Assembly (NCBI RefSeq): GCF_040938485.1
Contig: NW_027270972.1
Location: 558,001-622,000, forward strand
Direction: 5' to 3'
DNA from: Diadema antillarum
Taxonomy: Eukaryota
DNA length: 64,000 bases
This document shows positions 36,081-48,800 of the stretch, piece by piece (position 1 is the stretch's first letter; each line of letters starts with the position of its first letter). The position numbers were made by a program, and so were the translations under genes. The notes beneath the pieces are model-generated. The model was given only the letters and a program-made list of their open reading frames with translations. It ran no database searches and had not been told where the DNA came from.

Positions 36081-36442
36081 GTAAGGCTGCCTGGGTGCAG
36101 AATTTTATGGACTTTGTAATGTCTTATATGATTGCAAAACTTGCTTTTTATGCCTCCGCCATGAAGTGTCATGGGAGGCTTTATGTTTTCGGGTTGTCCG
36201 TCCGTCCTGTCCTTTCGTCCCTCCATCCCTCCGTCCTTCCATCTGTCCTTGCGTCCATAATCAATTTTGTCGACAGCGTATTACCTGAAGAACCGTTTGA
36301 GTTACCCTAATGAAGCTTGGCATATTTATGTAAGAGTGGACAAAGTTGTGTCTATCAACTTTATGGTTCACATACTCGAGGTGAAAGGTCAAGGTCAAAC
36401 ACAAAATTTCACTATTTCCCTTGTAACTATGCAATACCTTAA

Positions 36443-37001
36443 AGGACAAGTCCACCTTCATACACATAAGGATTGAGAGAATGCAGCAATATTAGTAGAA
36501 TACATCAGTAAAAGTTTGAGGAAAATCAGACAATCTGTTCAAAAGTTATGAATTTTTTAAGTATCTGTGCAGTCACTGCTGGATGAGAAGACTACTACAG
36601 CGTATGATGTCACATGCGTACAACAATATAAGGAAAATAAAAAGAGAATTTCACAAAACTTTACTTTTTTATTAAAGTGCACACTTCTTCAACTTGTTAC
36701 TGACGTAAATTAAGGGTAATATTATTCCCCCTGCCTTCTGAAAGAGAGAAGTCGAGTGCTCTTTTGTTATGCGAGAAAAATGGAAAAATGTTGATTTTTC
36801 TTAATTCTTTCTTTATATCGTTGTACTCATGTGACATCACAAGCTAAAGTAGTCTTTTCATCCAGCCGTGACTGAGCAGAAACTTCACAAATTCATAACT
36901 TTTGAACGGATTGTCCGATTTTCCTCACACTCTCACTGCTGTCTTCTACTATTAATGCTGCATTCACTTAACCCACATGTCTATGAAGGTGAACTTGTCC
37001 T
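36443..37001. mobile_element. TTAA-type (Kolobok-like) MITE, family B, nested in an older interspersed repeat (about 36145-37285) in GINS4 intron 5
   Basis: TTAA|AGGACAAGTCCACCTTC...GAAGGTGAACTTGTCCT|TTAA; homologous copies at 11051-11615 and 45270-45823. Confidence 0.85.
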
Positions 37002-37336
37002 TTAAGGTATTTTCTCGAAACTTGGTGTATACGTGTATTATCCGACAAAGATTCTCTAGAGACAGTTTCGGGCCATGAGGTCAAAGGTCAAGTGAAAATG
37101 CTAAAATTTCACTTTTTCTCCATGCTTCGGAAATGGTTCAAGGTATCTTCATGGAACTTGGTACATATGGTACATTTGCATGTACTGCTTGCCAGTGATT
37201 CTCTTGGGAATTTGGGGGTCGTTAAATATTATTCCTCTGAAATATATGGCAATTACAGCATCCTGTCAGCATTTTGATTTTTGGAAATGACGTCAGCCTT
37301 TACTGAGAGTGTAAGTTTCACCCTTCCTGTTGACAG

Positions 37337-37430
37337 TTCCGAAGCCCAACCTTGATAGCTATGTCTTCCTGCGAGCCAATGAAAGACAGGAACATGTTCT
37401 CATCGAGCCAGAGCTGGAAGATGAGCAGAA
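37337..37430 (+). CDS. GINS4: GINS4 coding exon 6
   Basis: VPKPNLDSYVFLRANE...; acceptor ttgacag, donor AA|gtaagt. Confidence 0.93.
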
Positions 37431-38093
37431 GTAAGTTTGAAATCATGTATCTGTAGGTAACCATAGTAGTGGTAGGAATAGTTGAAATGATAAAGATAGT
37501 AATGGTGATGATGATGATCATAATGATGATAGTACAAGCTAAACAAGAACAACAATGATGATGGTGATGATAATGACGATGATTATGCTAATGATGATAA
37601 TAGTTTCTCCCATATTGTTCCTTGGAAACTCCCTGATTCTATTATGTTAATGTTATCATACCTATATCAATTGAAATCAAGGAAAAAATACATATCCAAC
37701 TTTTAGTGATATTATTGGTAGGCTTTGTATTAAAATCTTTACCATTAGTGTATAGGCCCTAGCATTTTCAAGACTTATACTTAACATCTGTGATAGGCTC
37801 AGTCATGTACTTGCTTTTACCAATTAGATTATGCCTGTATGTACCCTGGGCATTCCATGAATAAAAACTACAACAAGTTATCACTATTTAACCTGTATGT
37901 GATGTTGATCAACCTTCATCCTTTGCAAGAGGCTACTTACCTTTGTTTTATTCTGCTACATGCCATTGTGTAGAAATTTGCTGCTGTTTTGGGTGCTTTT
38001 GTCATTGGAGCTGTGTTGTGGATCAATGAAATAAACACACAGTAAGGTTTAACTGTTTGGGGCTTTTTTCCCCTCGTCTTCTTCTTCTCACAG

Positions 38094-38190
38094 TGCTGAT
38101 GTTGTAGACTTGGAGGCAGGGTCTCAGTACATCATGAGGTATCGGCCAATAGGATCGCTTGTTGCCAGCGGAGCCGTCTCACTCATATGA
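38094..38190 (+). CDS. GINS4: GINS4 last coding exon
   Basis: DVVDLEAGSQYIMRYRPIGSLVASGAVSLI*; the seven exons sum to 678 nt = 225 aa plus stop. Confidence 0.95.
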
Positions 38191-38700
38191 AGCTGCTGGA
38201 TGGAAACTGAAAATGATGAGTGATGGCGAGAGCGTGACTTGCTGGACAAGAATAGACTTTGAAGAAAGCGTCTGATAAGTGACTGAGAATGTCTTCCCAA
38301 CTCGCAACAAGCTTGACCGCATCTAACTGGGAGTTACATTACATGTGGTAAATGTCTTCATGCTATGTTTGTTGATGCGGTCGACACAGCAGAGCAGTCA
38401 GCTTTGTCTACCAACAGTAGTTATCCAGAAGACCCACTGAACATACTTGGTAGATCTGACCCATCCTTCCCACAGTGATGTGCCTTTTTTCTCCTCCTCC
38501 TTTTTTTTTTTCAGTGGTAGGATAAAATGCAAGATGGGATATATTATATTTTTCATGTGGTTGAAGAAATTTGTCAAAATCATTCGAACAGCATGTTTCC
38601 TGTTCAAATCATTCTTTTAAAATCCAGAGGAAGATGGTGTGAAGGGGTTGAGATGCTGTCCCTTCAAGATGCTTTACCAGAGGTACTAGAAGGTACCCAT

Positions 38701-38825
38701 GTGAACCACACCCGTACTGTGATCTGTTTCATGCAAAGATTGTTCTTACTGCTTGTATAAACCCCTGTGAACAACACCTGTACTGTGATCGGTTTCACAC
38801 AAAAATCGTTCTTGCTGCTTGTATT
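38701..38825. repeat. Diverged 66-bp tandem duplication downstream of the GINS4 stop
   Basis: GTGAAC.ACACC.GTACTGTGATC.GTTTCA...TGCTTGTAT twice. Confidence 0.8.
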
Positions 38826-39368
38826 CAAATGTTGGCAGTTACACTTTATTATGAGAAGAATAAACACAACTTTGTGGTGCTGCATATGGATACAGGTTAT
38901 CATGCCAAGGAAAGTGACTTGAGACTAGGCCAAAAGGATGCAGCTGTCATTCATGTTCAGTGATGGAAGCGTGGGACTATTTCTCTCCCCCCCCCCCCCC
39001 CCCCCCCATGATCATCACTTGTACATTAAAATGTGTTTGCAGGTCTCGAAGACAGTAGGGAGAAGATTTCATACTTTCATGGCTGACTAGTCACACTTCC
39101 GTCTCTGTCCCCTCAAACTATTGTATGTGGGACCGTTTCTGCATGACAGACTTACGAGTTGCCAGTGGGCAATGAGCTTACGTTTGAGCAAACGATGCAC
39201 CAGGCTGACTGAGAAATACAGTGGACTCCTGTTACAATCTGAAGTCCTTTGGACCAGCAGTTTTTTGGGTTTTTTTATATTGGAATTTTGTTATTAGCAA
39301 ACAATTACATGTAGCAAAAAAGCTGCTGAAAACTGCTTATCCAATAGTGGCGAGCCTATGGAGTAAAA

Positions 39369-39497
39369 TGGAGTCAAAGGGGGCCTGAGCTTTCGATCCT
39401 AGCAGAATCTTTGTCAGATGCAAACTGTCTAAAATGGTCATTTTGCCTCCGATGGAAATTCTGCTAGGATCAAAAGCTCAGGCCCCTTTTGACTCCA
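39369..39497. mobile_element. Hairpin MITE, about 38-bp TIRs
   Basis: GGAGTCAAAGGGGGCCTGAGCTTTCGATCCTAGCAGAAT and its near-perfect reverse complement; no TSD found. Confidence 0.7.
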
Positions 39498-39785
39498 ACC
39501 GAACAAATAAACAGGAAAAAACATTGAACGGATAATGTTGCAGTTGCGGCCTGAATTTTTACTTTGTTGTAACCTGAATTTCGTTATAACAGTGTTCTTT
39601 ATAACAGGAGTGCACTGTACACTCTTTGCCTCGGTATTTTGTGCAAATGCCCATGTAATGTTGTGAGGCATCACCTAATAAGTGTATGGAGGGCAGGGAA
39701 TGCATTCATCTTGAGTTTTCACTCGTAGAGATTTTGAAAGAAAGCTCCTCCTTGCTGTTTTTACTCTTAAGACACCGAGACTTAT

Positions 39786-39897
39786 TAGGCGTTTTCACAT
39801 CAGCCCGATAAAAATTCAAGCTCGAGATATTTTTTAACTTCCCAAGTCAGAAAATAGCGCGCTATTTCGAAACATCGGGCTGATGTGAAAACGCCTA
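39786..39897. mobile_element. 112-bp internal-deletion derivative of the 1988-2480 MITE
   Basis: Same termini and subterminal sequence, about 380 bp of interior missing. Confidence 0.85.
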
Positions 39898-40076
39898 TTG
39901 TGACCTAGAGTTGTAACCCTTTATGCTGTAATCACCGATGGGCATGGACATTGAAGTGCCTTCTTGCACTAATGTCTAGACAGTAATTGTCAATGAGTAA
40001 AAGATTACCTGCTCTCCCTAATCCCTATTGTGTCACCATGGCCTTCCTGCTGGACTAAAGCACATTGATACTCAAG

Positions 40077-40444
40077 GGGGGTGTTTCACAAAACTGTTCT
40101 TAAAGTTAAGAAGGTTTTAAGTGCGACTGGTGATCAGTTCTTGTGCTGAATTATCGAGATTCTGACAAGTATAGCACACAAGAACTGATCACCAGTCGCA
40201 CTTAAGTCCTTTTAACTTTAAGAACAGCTTTGTGAAACACCCCCCTGAGTGGGCTTGCTGACTTCACAGCCTGGGCCCTGTTTCATAAAGCTGTTCGTAA
40301 AGTTACGAACAGCTTTATACGAGCAACTGGTGATCAGTTCTGATGTGCTATACTTATCAGAATTTCCATAATTCAGCACAAGAACTGATCACCAGTCGCT
40401 CGTAAGTTGTTTGTAACTTTACGAACGGCTTTATGAAACACCCC
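40077..40444. mobile_element. Two adjacent related hairpin-like Harbinger MITEs (40077-40244 and 40274-40444)
   Basis: Each is largely self-complementary with G-rich/TGTTTCA termini; the second is flanked by CTG/CTG; split arms of the same family lie at about 24101-24155 and 25506-25558. Confidence 0.8.
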
Positions 40445-41032
40445 CTGGTCAAGTTTGGATGGGTTACTGAATGCTGATGAAAAGATTGGCAAGTTCAGCA
40501 CAATGCATAGAGGAATAGATAGGGTAATATCAAAGTAACACATTGGTGGAAGATCATCAAAATTGAAGCAATGAATAAGAAACTTATGGAAATTTGTTTC
40601 ACATTAACAGAAAACTGTGATATCGGTATCAATTACATGTACTTTAAAACTGGGAAATTTTTTCCGGTGTGGAAATTTTTTCTGGTGTGGATTTTTTTTT
40701 CGCGCATTTCACGCAACCAGAAACTAGTGCAAAAATGAAAGCACGCTCAGATATTTTTGCTTGCTATATGTACCACTGTGTAATGCCTTGATTGAGCGGA
40801 ATCAAAAAACATGCAAACTTCATCGTACCTGGTCGAGTGCGAAAAATTACGCGCAAAAATAATCACTTTTACATTACATACATGTATGTGCAAATTGGAT
40901 GGGGTGATATGTCGTGGCTGTGCATGTTTCCTATTGCATTATTACATGAGTCCTCTAAATTTCTAAATTTATTACAGAAAGTCTTCCCCAACATCACTTT
41001 TCTATCATGTTGCGATTCTCAAAGAACACATA

Positions 41033-41663
41033 CAGTCCGACCTCTCCTATCCAGACATGTCAGGAGTGACGCTCATCCGGATACTGTAAAACATGATATA
41101 TTCGCGGCATGAATTTTTCACGAATTGGAGCCGACGGCCTTTTTTGCGGCATGAAATTTTCGCGAACTGCCACTGGCATTCAATGCATATAGTGTAGACA
41201 AGAACTTTCGCGTGCATTTTAATTTCGCGAATGTTGGCGCTCGCGAAATTCGCGAAATTAAAATGCACGTGAACATTCCTCGTTTTACAGTAAGGGATTT
41301 GGCCAGATATGGGAGACTCAATCTGTGATGTACATGTATGAATTTTGCGTGAACGTGTCACATGCTCGTCAGCTGGTCTGCGTTCAGAATTTTCTGATAA
41401 TTTGCTCCATGAACGATCGCCTGATTTTGGGGTAGCGAATCTCTGAATGCATGTTATTCATATGAAAATTTGATGCGAATGTATCTTAATATGTTTGGAA
41501 TAATATATGATTTATGTGAGTTTGTGCAGGAATTTAGTCTGATTTTGGAATGCCAATTTTCCCCGTAATTATTAGATATTAAAACAAAAGAATCACAGAG
41601 AAATTGCATCCAGATAATAGAGAGATCTGGATTAAAGGAGGCCGGATAGGAGAGGTCAGACCG
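41033..41663. mobile_element. TA-flanked MITE (CAGTCCGACCTCTCCTATCC TIR) containing a nested TA-flanked MITE at 41084-41290
   Basis: Outer TA|CAGTCCGACC...GGTCAGACCG|TA; inner TA|CTGTAAAAC...GTTTTACAG|TA. Confidence 0.75.
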
Positions 41664-42106
41664 TACTTTACTTCATAATCACAAGATATTTTTTGTGCTC
41701 ATCTTTGGAACAAAACATACTGTGCACTTCTCTACTCTGTAGGTATGTTCTCCCAACCCACACAGAGCATGTGGTTATTAATTTGCCGTAAGGCGAGGAG
41801 TTGCGTGTGGTAATCTAGTAGATCAGGGAGGTGGGAAGAGTTCCCACCTCCCCGAGTAGACACAATTACAATTCTGTTACCACATTTCTTGTTAGATTTT
41901 TAGGGATGAAGTGGTAGATAAATCCAGTTATCTTTCCTCAGTGTTCAGTTTCATGTGAAGCAGGTATTCTTATTAGAGACAACACTTGTGTATTTACATG
42001 TACAGTGCGTAGTGCCTGATGTCTTAAAAGGTATGAGCAGTGTGATATTTTGTAAAGAAATAAAGAGCCATAATAGAGAGTATTCTCACTGTTTTTGTAT
42101 GTCTTA

Positions 42107-42322
42107 CTGTAAAAGTGGAAATTTTCGCGGTGTTCAAATTTTCATGCAATTCGCGCAACCAGAAACTAGCGCGAAAATAGAAGCACGCGAACATTTTTGC
42201 TTGCCATATGTGCCTGTGCGTGATGTCTTGATTCCGCGGGGCGCGGAATTAAAAACACGCGAAACTCTTCCGACCTGGCCAAGCGCGAAAAATTAGTCAC
42301 GCGAAAATATCCACTTTTACAG
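42107..42322. mobile_element. TA-flanked MITE (CTGTAAAAGTGGA TIR); decayed relative at about 40640-40875
   Basis: TA|CTGTAAAAGTGGA...TCCACTTTTACAG|TA. Confidence 0.8.
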
Positions 42323-42990
42323 TACTTCGAAGAGAGAAATACATGTATTTGAAAATTATCAAAATTCATTCGCATGTGTGTATTTGTGAGTGCCTTAGAA
42401 ATTTTCATTGTCATTTTTTTGTTTATTCAGACATTCATGAAAATATGCATGAAAACAAAGACAAAATACACTCTGTACAATACAGACAATGGAAAAGTGC
42501 ATAGTATCAATTGAAAGGCAATGCCTTTCATACTAAAAAAGGTATTAGTGTGGCTAAATGAATGGAAATGGAGGTGTGAGAGAAGCGTTAATACGTGTTC
42601 ATATTCACACACAGTATGAGAGAAAGTGTGTTTACGTACATGTATGTACAAATGTTGCCTTAATTACACACGCACACACTCCCCCCCCCCCACACACACA
42701 CACATACACGCACACACACATACACACACAATGTAAAAAGTTTTGCCATTGTGGTGCTGCTACTGCTCTAAAAAGAGGGAGTGAGAAAGTGAATATGTGT
42801 GAAGAATAAATTGAGTCAAGTTCTTAAACATGCAGTGACAGTGAAGGGTTTTCAAAGAAAAGTACTGGAAGACAACAGGTAGTGTGTACAAATGCATAAT
42901 TATCCCAGAGAAAGCAAAATCTCTTCACTGGGTGCACTGAGCGTGTCCCCTTTTCGCGAACCGATACGTTCTCTGAGAATAACAGTAGTC

Positions 42991-43006
42991 TAGCGCCATC
43001 TATTGA
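42991..43006. promoter_or_regulatory. Candidate CTCF site
   Basis: TAGCGCCATCTATTGA; the reverse complement matches 12 of 14 positions of CCASYAGRKGGCRS. Confidence 0.35.
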
Positions 43007-43324
43007 GCATTTTGTTCGCTGCTTTCAGTTGCATTTTGACTTGGGTGGATTATTGTACACAGTAGAATTCGTTGTACATTGTAGGCGTACTGCATGTAGC
43101 TTTTTTTTTTTTTTTTTTTTTGCGATATACATGTACCTTCTTTTATTCTAATGACAAATTCTTACGGAAAATACTGATGTAAATTACATGTACATATCTA
43201 GGCCTACACTTTCTTTTTCTTCTTGAGTGGCACATGTCCTGAATGAGTGGCACCGTCTTGTGTCATGTTAATTAGATTGCTTGCTGTTGTTTTGTGTCTA
43301 ACTGTTTGTCTGTCTGTCTCTCAA

Positions 43325-43530
43325 TGGGCTCCTAAACCTTCAGTGCCGCTTAGTTGCTGTTTTCAATCAATCTTTGCACCAAATCTTTTAATCTAAGAGG
43401 GGCCCACATTCTACAAGCTCTGTGTTTTTAGTGGATCCCTCCGCGTTTTTTTTTTTTCACGCAATGCAATTTCATTACTTTACCATCTATTCTTAATGTA
43501 AGTTTTTAATAATTGTTTTCTTTGTATGAA
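43325..43530 (+). mobile_element. Possible LINE 3'-UTR relic
   Basis: GGGGCCCACATTCTACAAGCTCTG...TAGTGGATCCCTCC stem-loop followed by T-rich tail, resembling CR1/L2 3' ends; from recall only. Confidence 0.35.
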
Positions 43531-45269
43531 TTTATGCATCATTTTTGTCACTGAAGAAAGTGAGATTTATGTTTATATATTATTTCATTGTGAAAAAAAA
43601 CCCCGAAATAAGTTTGAACTGAAATGAACGAATGATGGAATAAGCACAAACAGAAAGATGTGAATGAACAATAGTAAAGATAAAATATGTCTATTTGACG
43701 GCAGCTGGAGCAGGAAAAAAAATGTTTCAAATTTCTAGGCTAAAGTGCATATTATATCAAACGAGATTTAATACTTGGAAGCCTAACATAAGATATGCTT
43801 CATCTAATATAGCGTGTGTTATACAGATCAATCTATTTTATTCAATTTTTTTACGTATTATTATCTCTATGCACATATGGTCGGCTGATCACTACTATAC
43901 TCAATGTAAGACGGAAATAATTGACAATGCTATATGGGAAGGAAATTTTTATTTCCGATTTCTGTAATGTGAATTCCAGAACACGGGAAACATGCCATGG
44001 TTACACTTAGTTTCGTAAGGGCATGTTTTTTAACCTTTGAATACCAACAACTCATTTTGAATTAAACATGCATAATCACGCATTAGTCATGAGTGTCAAG
44101 CGTGGCTGTTACATGCTTGTTACAGCGTTTGTTTGAGCCTTTTGTTTTTGTATAAATAGGGTTTGGTTGTTGTTTTTTTTTTTGGGGGGGGGGAGGGGTC
44201 GAGTGAGATGATGAAACAAATAAATTAACAGTTTTCATTTATCATTGGATGATTGCTGAGGGTTCTATGATTAACTTTAACAGTCATGTTTACCTTTTGG
44301 AGCAGTGATTTAAAAAATGTTCAAGATATCACTTTTCATGAATAATTATATAGGTCAGTGCATGCTGTTGTATCACAAAACACCCCACCATATAATTTTT
44401 TTTTCTTTTTTGCAATGAAGCCTAAAATATAAGGAGATATCGCTATTTTTCTCATTTATTTAAAGAACAACTGTACACGGTTTAGTCTGGAAACATTTTA
44501 TTATAACTTTTATTCACATTTTGTAGATTTAACAATACTTAACATCGATTTTACTCGTTCAAATTTTTATATTCGTTGTTTCTATCCTTAACTCACATTT
44601 TAGAATTATTTTGAAGCACTATAGCTGGGTTTTTGTTTCATCTGCAAATGGCATTATGCCTATAAGATATCTAGAATAATTGTAAATATCGAGCCATCGT
44701 CGTAGATACCAACATAACGACTGCCGCAATCTATATAAATTATTCGGAATTTAAAGTATAAAGATGTGCAAAATTTTGAATAATGAATAGCCGCAATTTA
44801 TATATTATGAGTGTGAGTATTCATTTATTTATTCTTTATTGATTTATTCATCTATTTATTTTATAATTTATTCTTAAATTAATTCAGTCAGCGATTTCTA
44901 CTTCATGGATACGTGGTGGATTTCCTTTGCTTGGTCACATTTTAAAGCAAACTTCGTGACGGAGCCTTCTCTCTTATCTTGTATACTATACTATGAGTGT
45001 GGGAATCCCACTATTAAAAATGAATTAGTGTAGGAGGAATGGCTTCTTTGGGTCTTGAGATGGTATCGTGTCCGAAACAGTTTTTATGCATTGTAATATA
45101 GGCAACAACGGCAATAGTTGATGATACAAATAAATCAACAATTGAATCGATCAATTATTAGATTTTAAAAAAAATAAATAAATAGATGAGTAAATATAAA
45201 TGATGATGTAAGCAAGCTGATCAAATTTTCGTTAAATGAAATCAAAACCCAAATACAAAAAAAAAAAAT

Positions 45270-45823
45270 GTGAATTGAGTGAAAGCAGCAATATTAGTTG
45301 AACTAATCAGTGAAAGTATGAGGAAAATTAGACATTCCATTCAAAAGTTATGCGTTTTTAAAGTTTCTGTGCCGTCATCGCTGGAAAAAGAGACTACTAC
45401 AGTTCATGACGTCATTATGGACAATAATAATATAAAGAAAATATAAAGAATATTCAGCACATATTTTCACTATTCTAGCATTTGTTATGAAAGAGCACTT
45501 TGCTTAACTATTTCAGAAAGCAGGGGGAACAGTGTTACCCATAACATGACTGTGTCACTGTAGCATGTCGATGGAATGTGTACTTTTCATGAAAAATGAA
45601 ATGTTGTGGAATTCTCCATATATTTTCTTTATAGATATTGTTGTCCACAATGACGTCGTGAAGTGTAGTAGTATCCTTATCCAGCAGTGACTGCAATGAA
45701 ACTTTAAAAATTCATAACTTTTGAATCAACTCTCCGATTTTCCTCAAACTTCAAATGATATTATTCTTCTAATATCACTCTACTTTCACTCATTTTAAAT
45801 TTATATTTTGGTTTTGGTTTCCT
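45270..45823. mobile_element. TTAA-type MITE, family B, diverged copy
   Basis: Colinear with 36443-37001; right end CCT|TTAA; left boundary approximate. Confidence 0.7.
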
Positions 45824-48800
45824 TTAAGGGCAATTCAAGTTTTTGTTTTTATTTCAGTTTTTTTTTATGCAGAGTTGTGTACTCAGTATTCTACTTTGAT
45901 TTCTATCCAAACAAACATAATAGGTTTATTTTGAGGACTATTTTTTTAATGATATTGGCATTGACCACCGAATCAGCTTCGATTGGGAAACTTTTGAAGA
46001 TTCGGGGGCTGAACTATTGTAACGCACATCTCTTTATGTTTGTATATTTGCACTGATAACAGAATAAGGCTTGACGATATTTATTCTTTATTGCAATTAA
46101 GGATATCATTGAGAATGATGAATGACGGATCTTTTTATTTCGTTTGTATCTGATATCTGTATAATGTACATTTTGGTGACGGTATCTAGAAACATCAAGG
46201 CATTTTAATCCTGGTTATACTTTATACACTTTTCACGGTTTGCTTAAAGGGCATGTTCTTTAACCTTTGAATAAGGGCAAGCTATAAAGCATCTATACCA
46301 CCCATAATCACCCATTATTCATGAATATCAAGCGTGATACATTTCATTTAGTTTCTGTGTGTTGGGGGCGGGACGGAGTGGAATAGCAAGAACGGATCAA
46401 ATGCGATTAAGAATAACTCCTTATTGCACTAGCCCCAAAATGTATGTCAATGTTCGTTCCAGAGTTATCGTCATAAGTATAGCACCACAGAGAGACTGCT
46501 ACGAGATTACATAGGAAATGATATGCAACAATAATGTTGTATATTATGCGATTCATATACAACATTATATCGTTGAATATAGTAATTATTCCCGCATATG
46601 AGGCTTGTCACTTTTCCACGTATATCGTGACGGACCTGACGTGAGAACCTCTTATCATTAAATACTTGATTAATTCCCTCTATACTGGCCTATAATACAA
46701 AGCAGGCAATATACCGTCCCGTGTCTCTTGAACAGGTCCTCATTGTATGTTGCATCCCAATATTGTTAGATTTTGATTAGAAAATTTGTCATAACAGTTG
46801 ATGAATAAATTGATAAATTCATGAATAGATTATTGTCGATTGATTAAAAAGATAATTAACCTCATTTTCAAGCTCTTTGAGTCTATCATACATGTATTAT
46901 GAAATTAATGTCACAGTATGATAATCACTAAGATTTTTTTTTCTTTTTAGAATCAATCGTTCCAAGCTAATTAACTCAGAACGACTGCGTTGTTTCCCTG
47001 TCGAAAAACCCATAACCCCCGAAGATGATTACTAACTCACGAAGATTACATCAGATCTGTTCAAAGTAACAAACAGACCAAAACAGCTTTTGGACCTTAA
47101 GATAAAGAACTAATCGGTCTATTTCGCAAAATTTCTATATCTTCGGCTACAAAATTTATTAGATTTTGTCATCGGTTCGGCGGATTGGCCTATACCAAAA
47201 CATATAGGCCTACAGTATAAAATGGTGAGATAAAAATAAAAAAATGCCGCCAACGAACGTTCCAGAAGCGAGCTAGACAGATTGATTGTGTTTTCATTCA
47301 GCAGTCGAACTGAATTTTTACATCCACATTTTATATGGCATGCAGGCACTATACATTTCATGATTACAGAGCAAGAAACATGACTATCGTATAATATGTG
47401 AGAAAGATTGGCGTTTGAAGCACGCGACGGACAAATCGCTTGACCATTACCAATATACGATGATGTCCTTCGGCGTCTAGACGTCCATTCACATACCGAG
47501 GCCTATATAAGTTTGGATGTTGCCCGTAGCTCTTACCAGCGTTATTTGCCCGACTATGTACACAAGCCCTTCCCTTCTGGCATTTGAAGGTATATTGGCT
47601 TTGGAATCGAGTCGCACGTGACACTGCGTGCACGTGAGAAAGAGCGCACGTGCTGTACTCTCTCGCACGGTGTACGACGAACGCACGGTGGGCGCCAGAG
47701 TAAAATAAAGACTTCCAAAATACATATCATAATATGCAGCAGAATTATTTTCTTGAGAAGGATTTGATAGGTTTTTGAAACGAATTTCATGCTGAGAGTC
47801 ATTGGTGTCGTGGCATATTCCTATATACACAATAATGCTTGTATCTACAAACATGCAGTATTTCTTATTCTATATCGTACAACAACGACAATCGCATTAG
47901 TGACCCCCCCCCCCTTTTTTTTTTTGAGGGGGGATAGAACATCTGTTATACTAGTAACATATATTATACGACGTAAGGAATGTGCAGGTACCATTTTGAA
48001 GACCATTTTTGTGAAACAAATTAGGCTTATATTATCTATTACGTGACACAGAGCCATTTGTGGTGCCTGCGGCCTCTTATGTCACCGGAAACGTTATACA
48101 CGCCCGAAACACTATGATCATGGGGTATTTGGTTCGGTTTAGCTAAGATTTGAACGAAGCATAATGGACAAGCAGAGAATAGCAAAATCATTTTTGACAA
48201 AATCGTATTCTACCTGTGTCTGTGCTGCAAAATACTGTAGATTTAAACGAGAAAACGACAATAAGGGAAGCACACTTCTTAATTGCCGGGCTTGGTCATT
48301 ATCAATATGGTGGTATTGCTTGGTCAGGAGGTACAGTACCCCTTGACGTAGACAGTGATATCAGGGTAATTGTACCAGGGAGGTGGAATACCCCCCACCT
48401 CCCTGGTTGTATACTACTTGTATTACAGTGGCCAGGACGCTGAAAGAGTGCTGACGCACATTCCAGGTATATGCGATGGATAAGATTTCGAAGACCGGTC
48501 AATATTGGGCCTGCGTGTTTCGGGGCCCTATGTGACAAAATGTTGATGCGGCCATATAAAGTTCGATCCTTTATTCACTGACTGACCCTCAAGTGCAGGC
48601 GCAATTGGCAATAATAATATGCTTATGATCTGCATTTGACCTCTCATTGAGGTGTTTGTGTCCCCAGATTACTGTTCTACATATAGGCCTATTAATATTG
48701 AAATTATTCACATAGTCAATGTTGTGATTTTATGATATATGTGTGGAGGAAATAATTTTCTATGATCTTTGTCCGGTATTGTCTTTATCAAACTCTATCC

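Noticed and set aside
38212-38290. ATGATGA...CTGA in the GINS4 3' UTR as a C/D snoRNA or SECIS
   Set aside because: No terminal stem or convincing guide, exonic location, and the TGA at 38190 falls at the normal SLD5 C-terminus.
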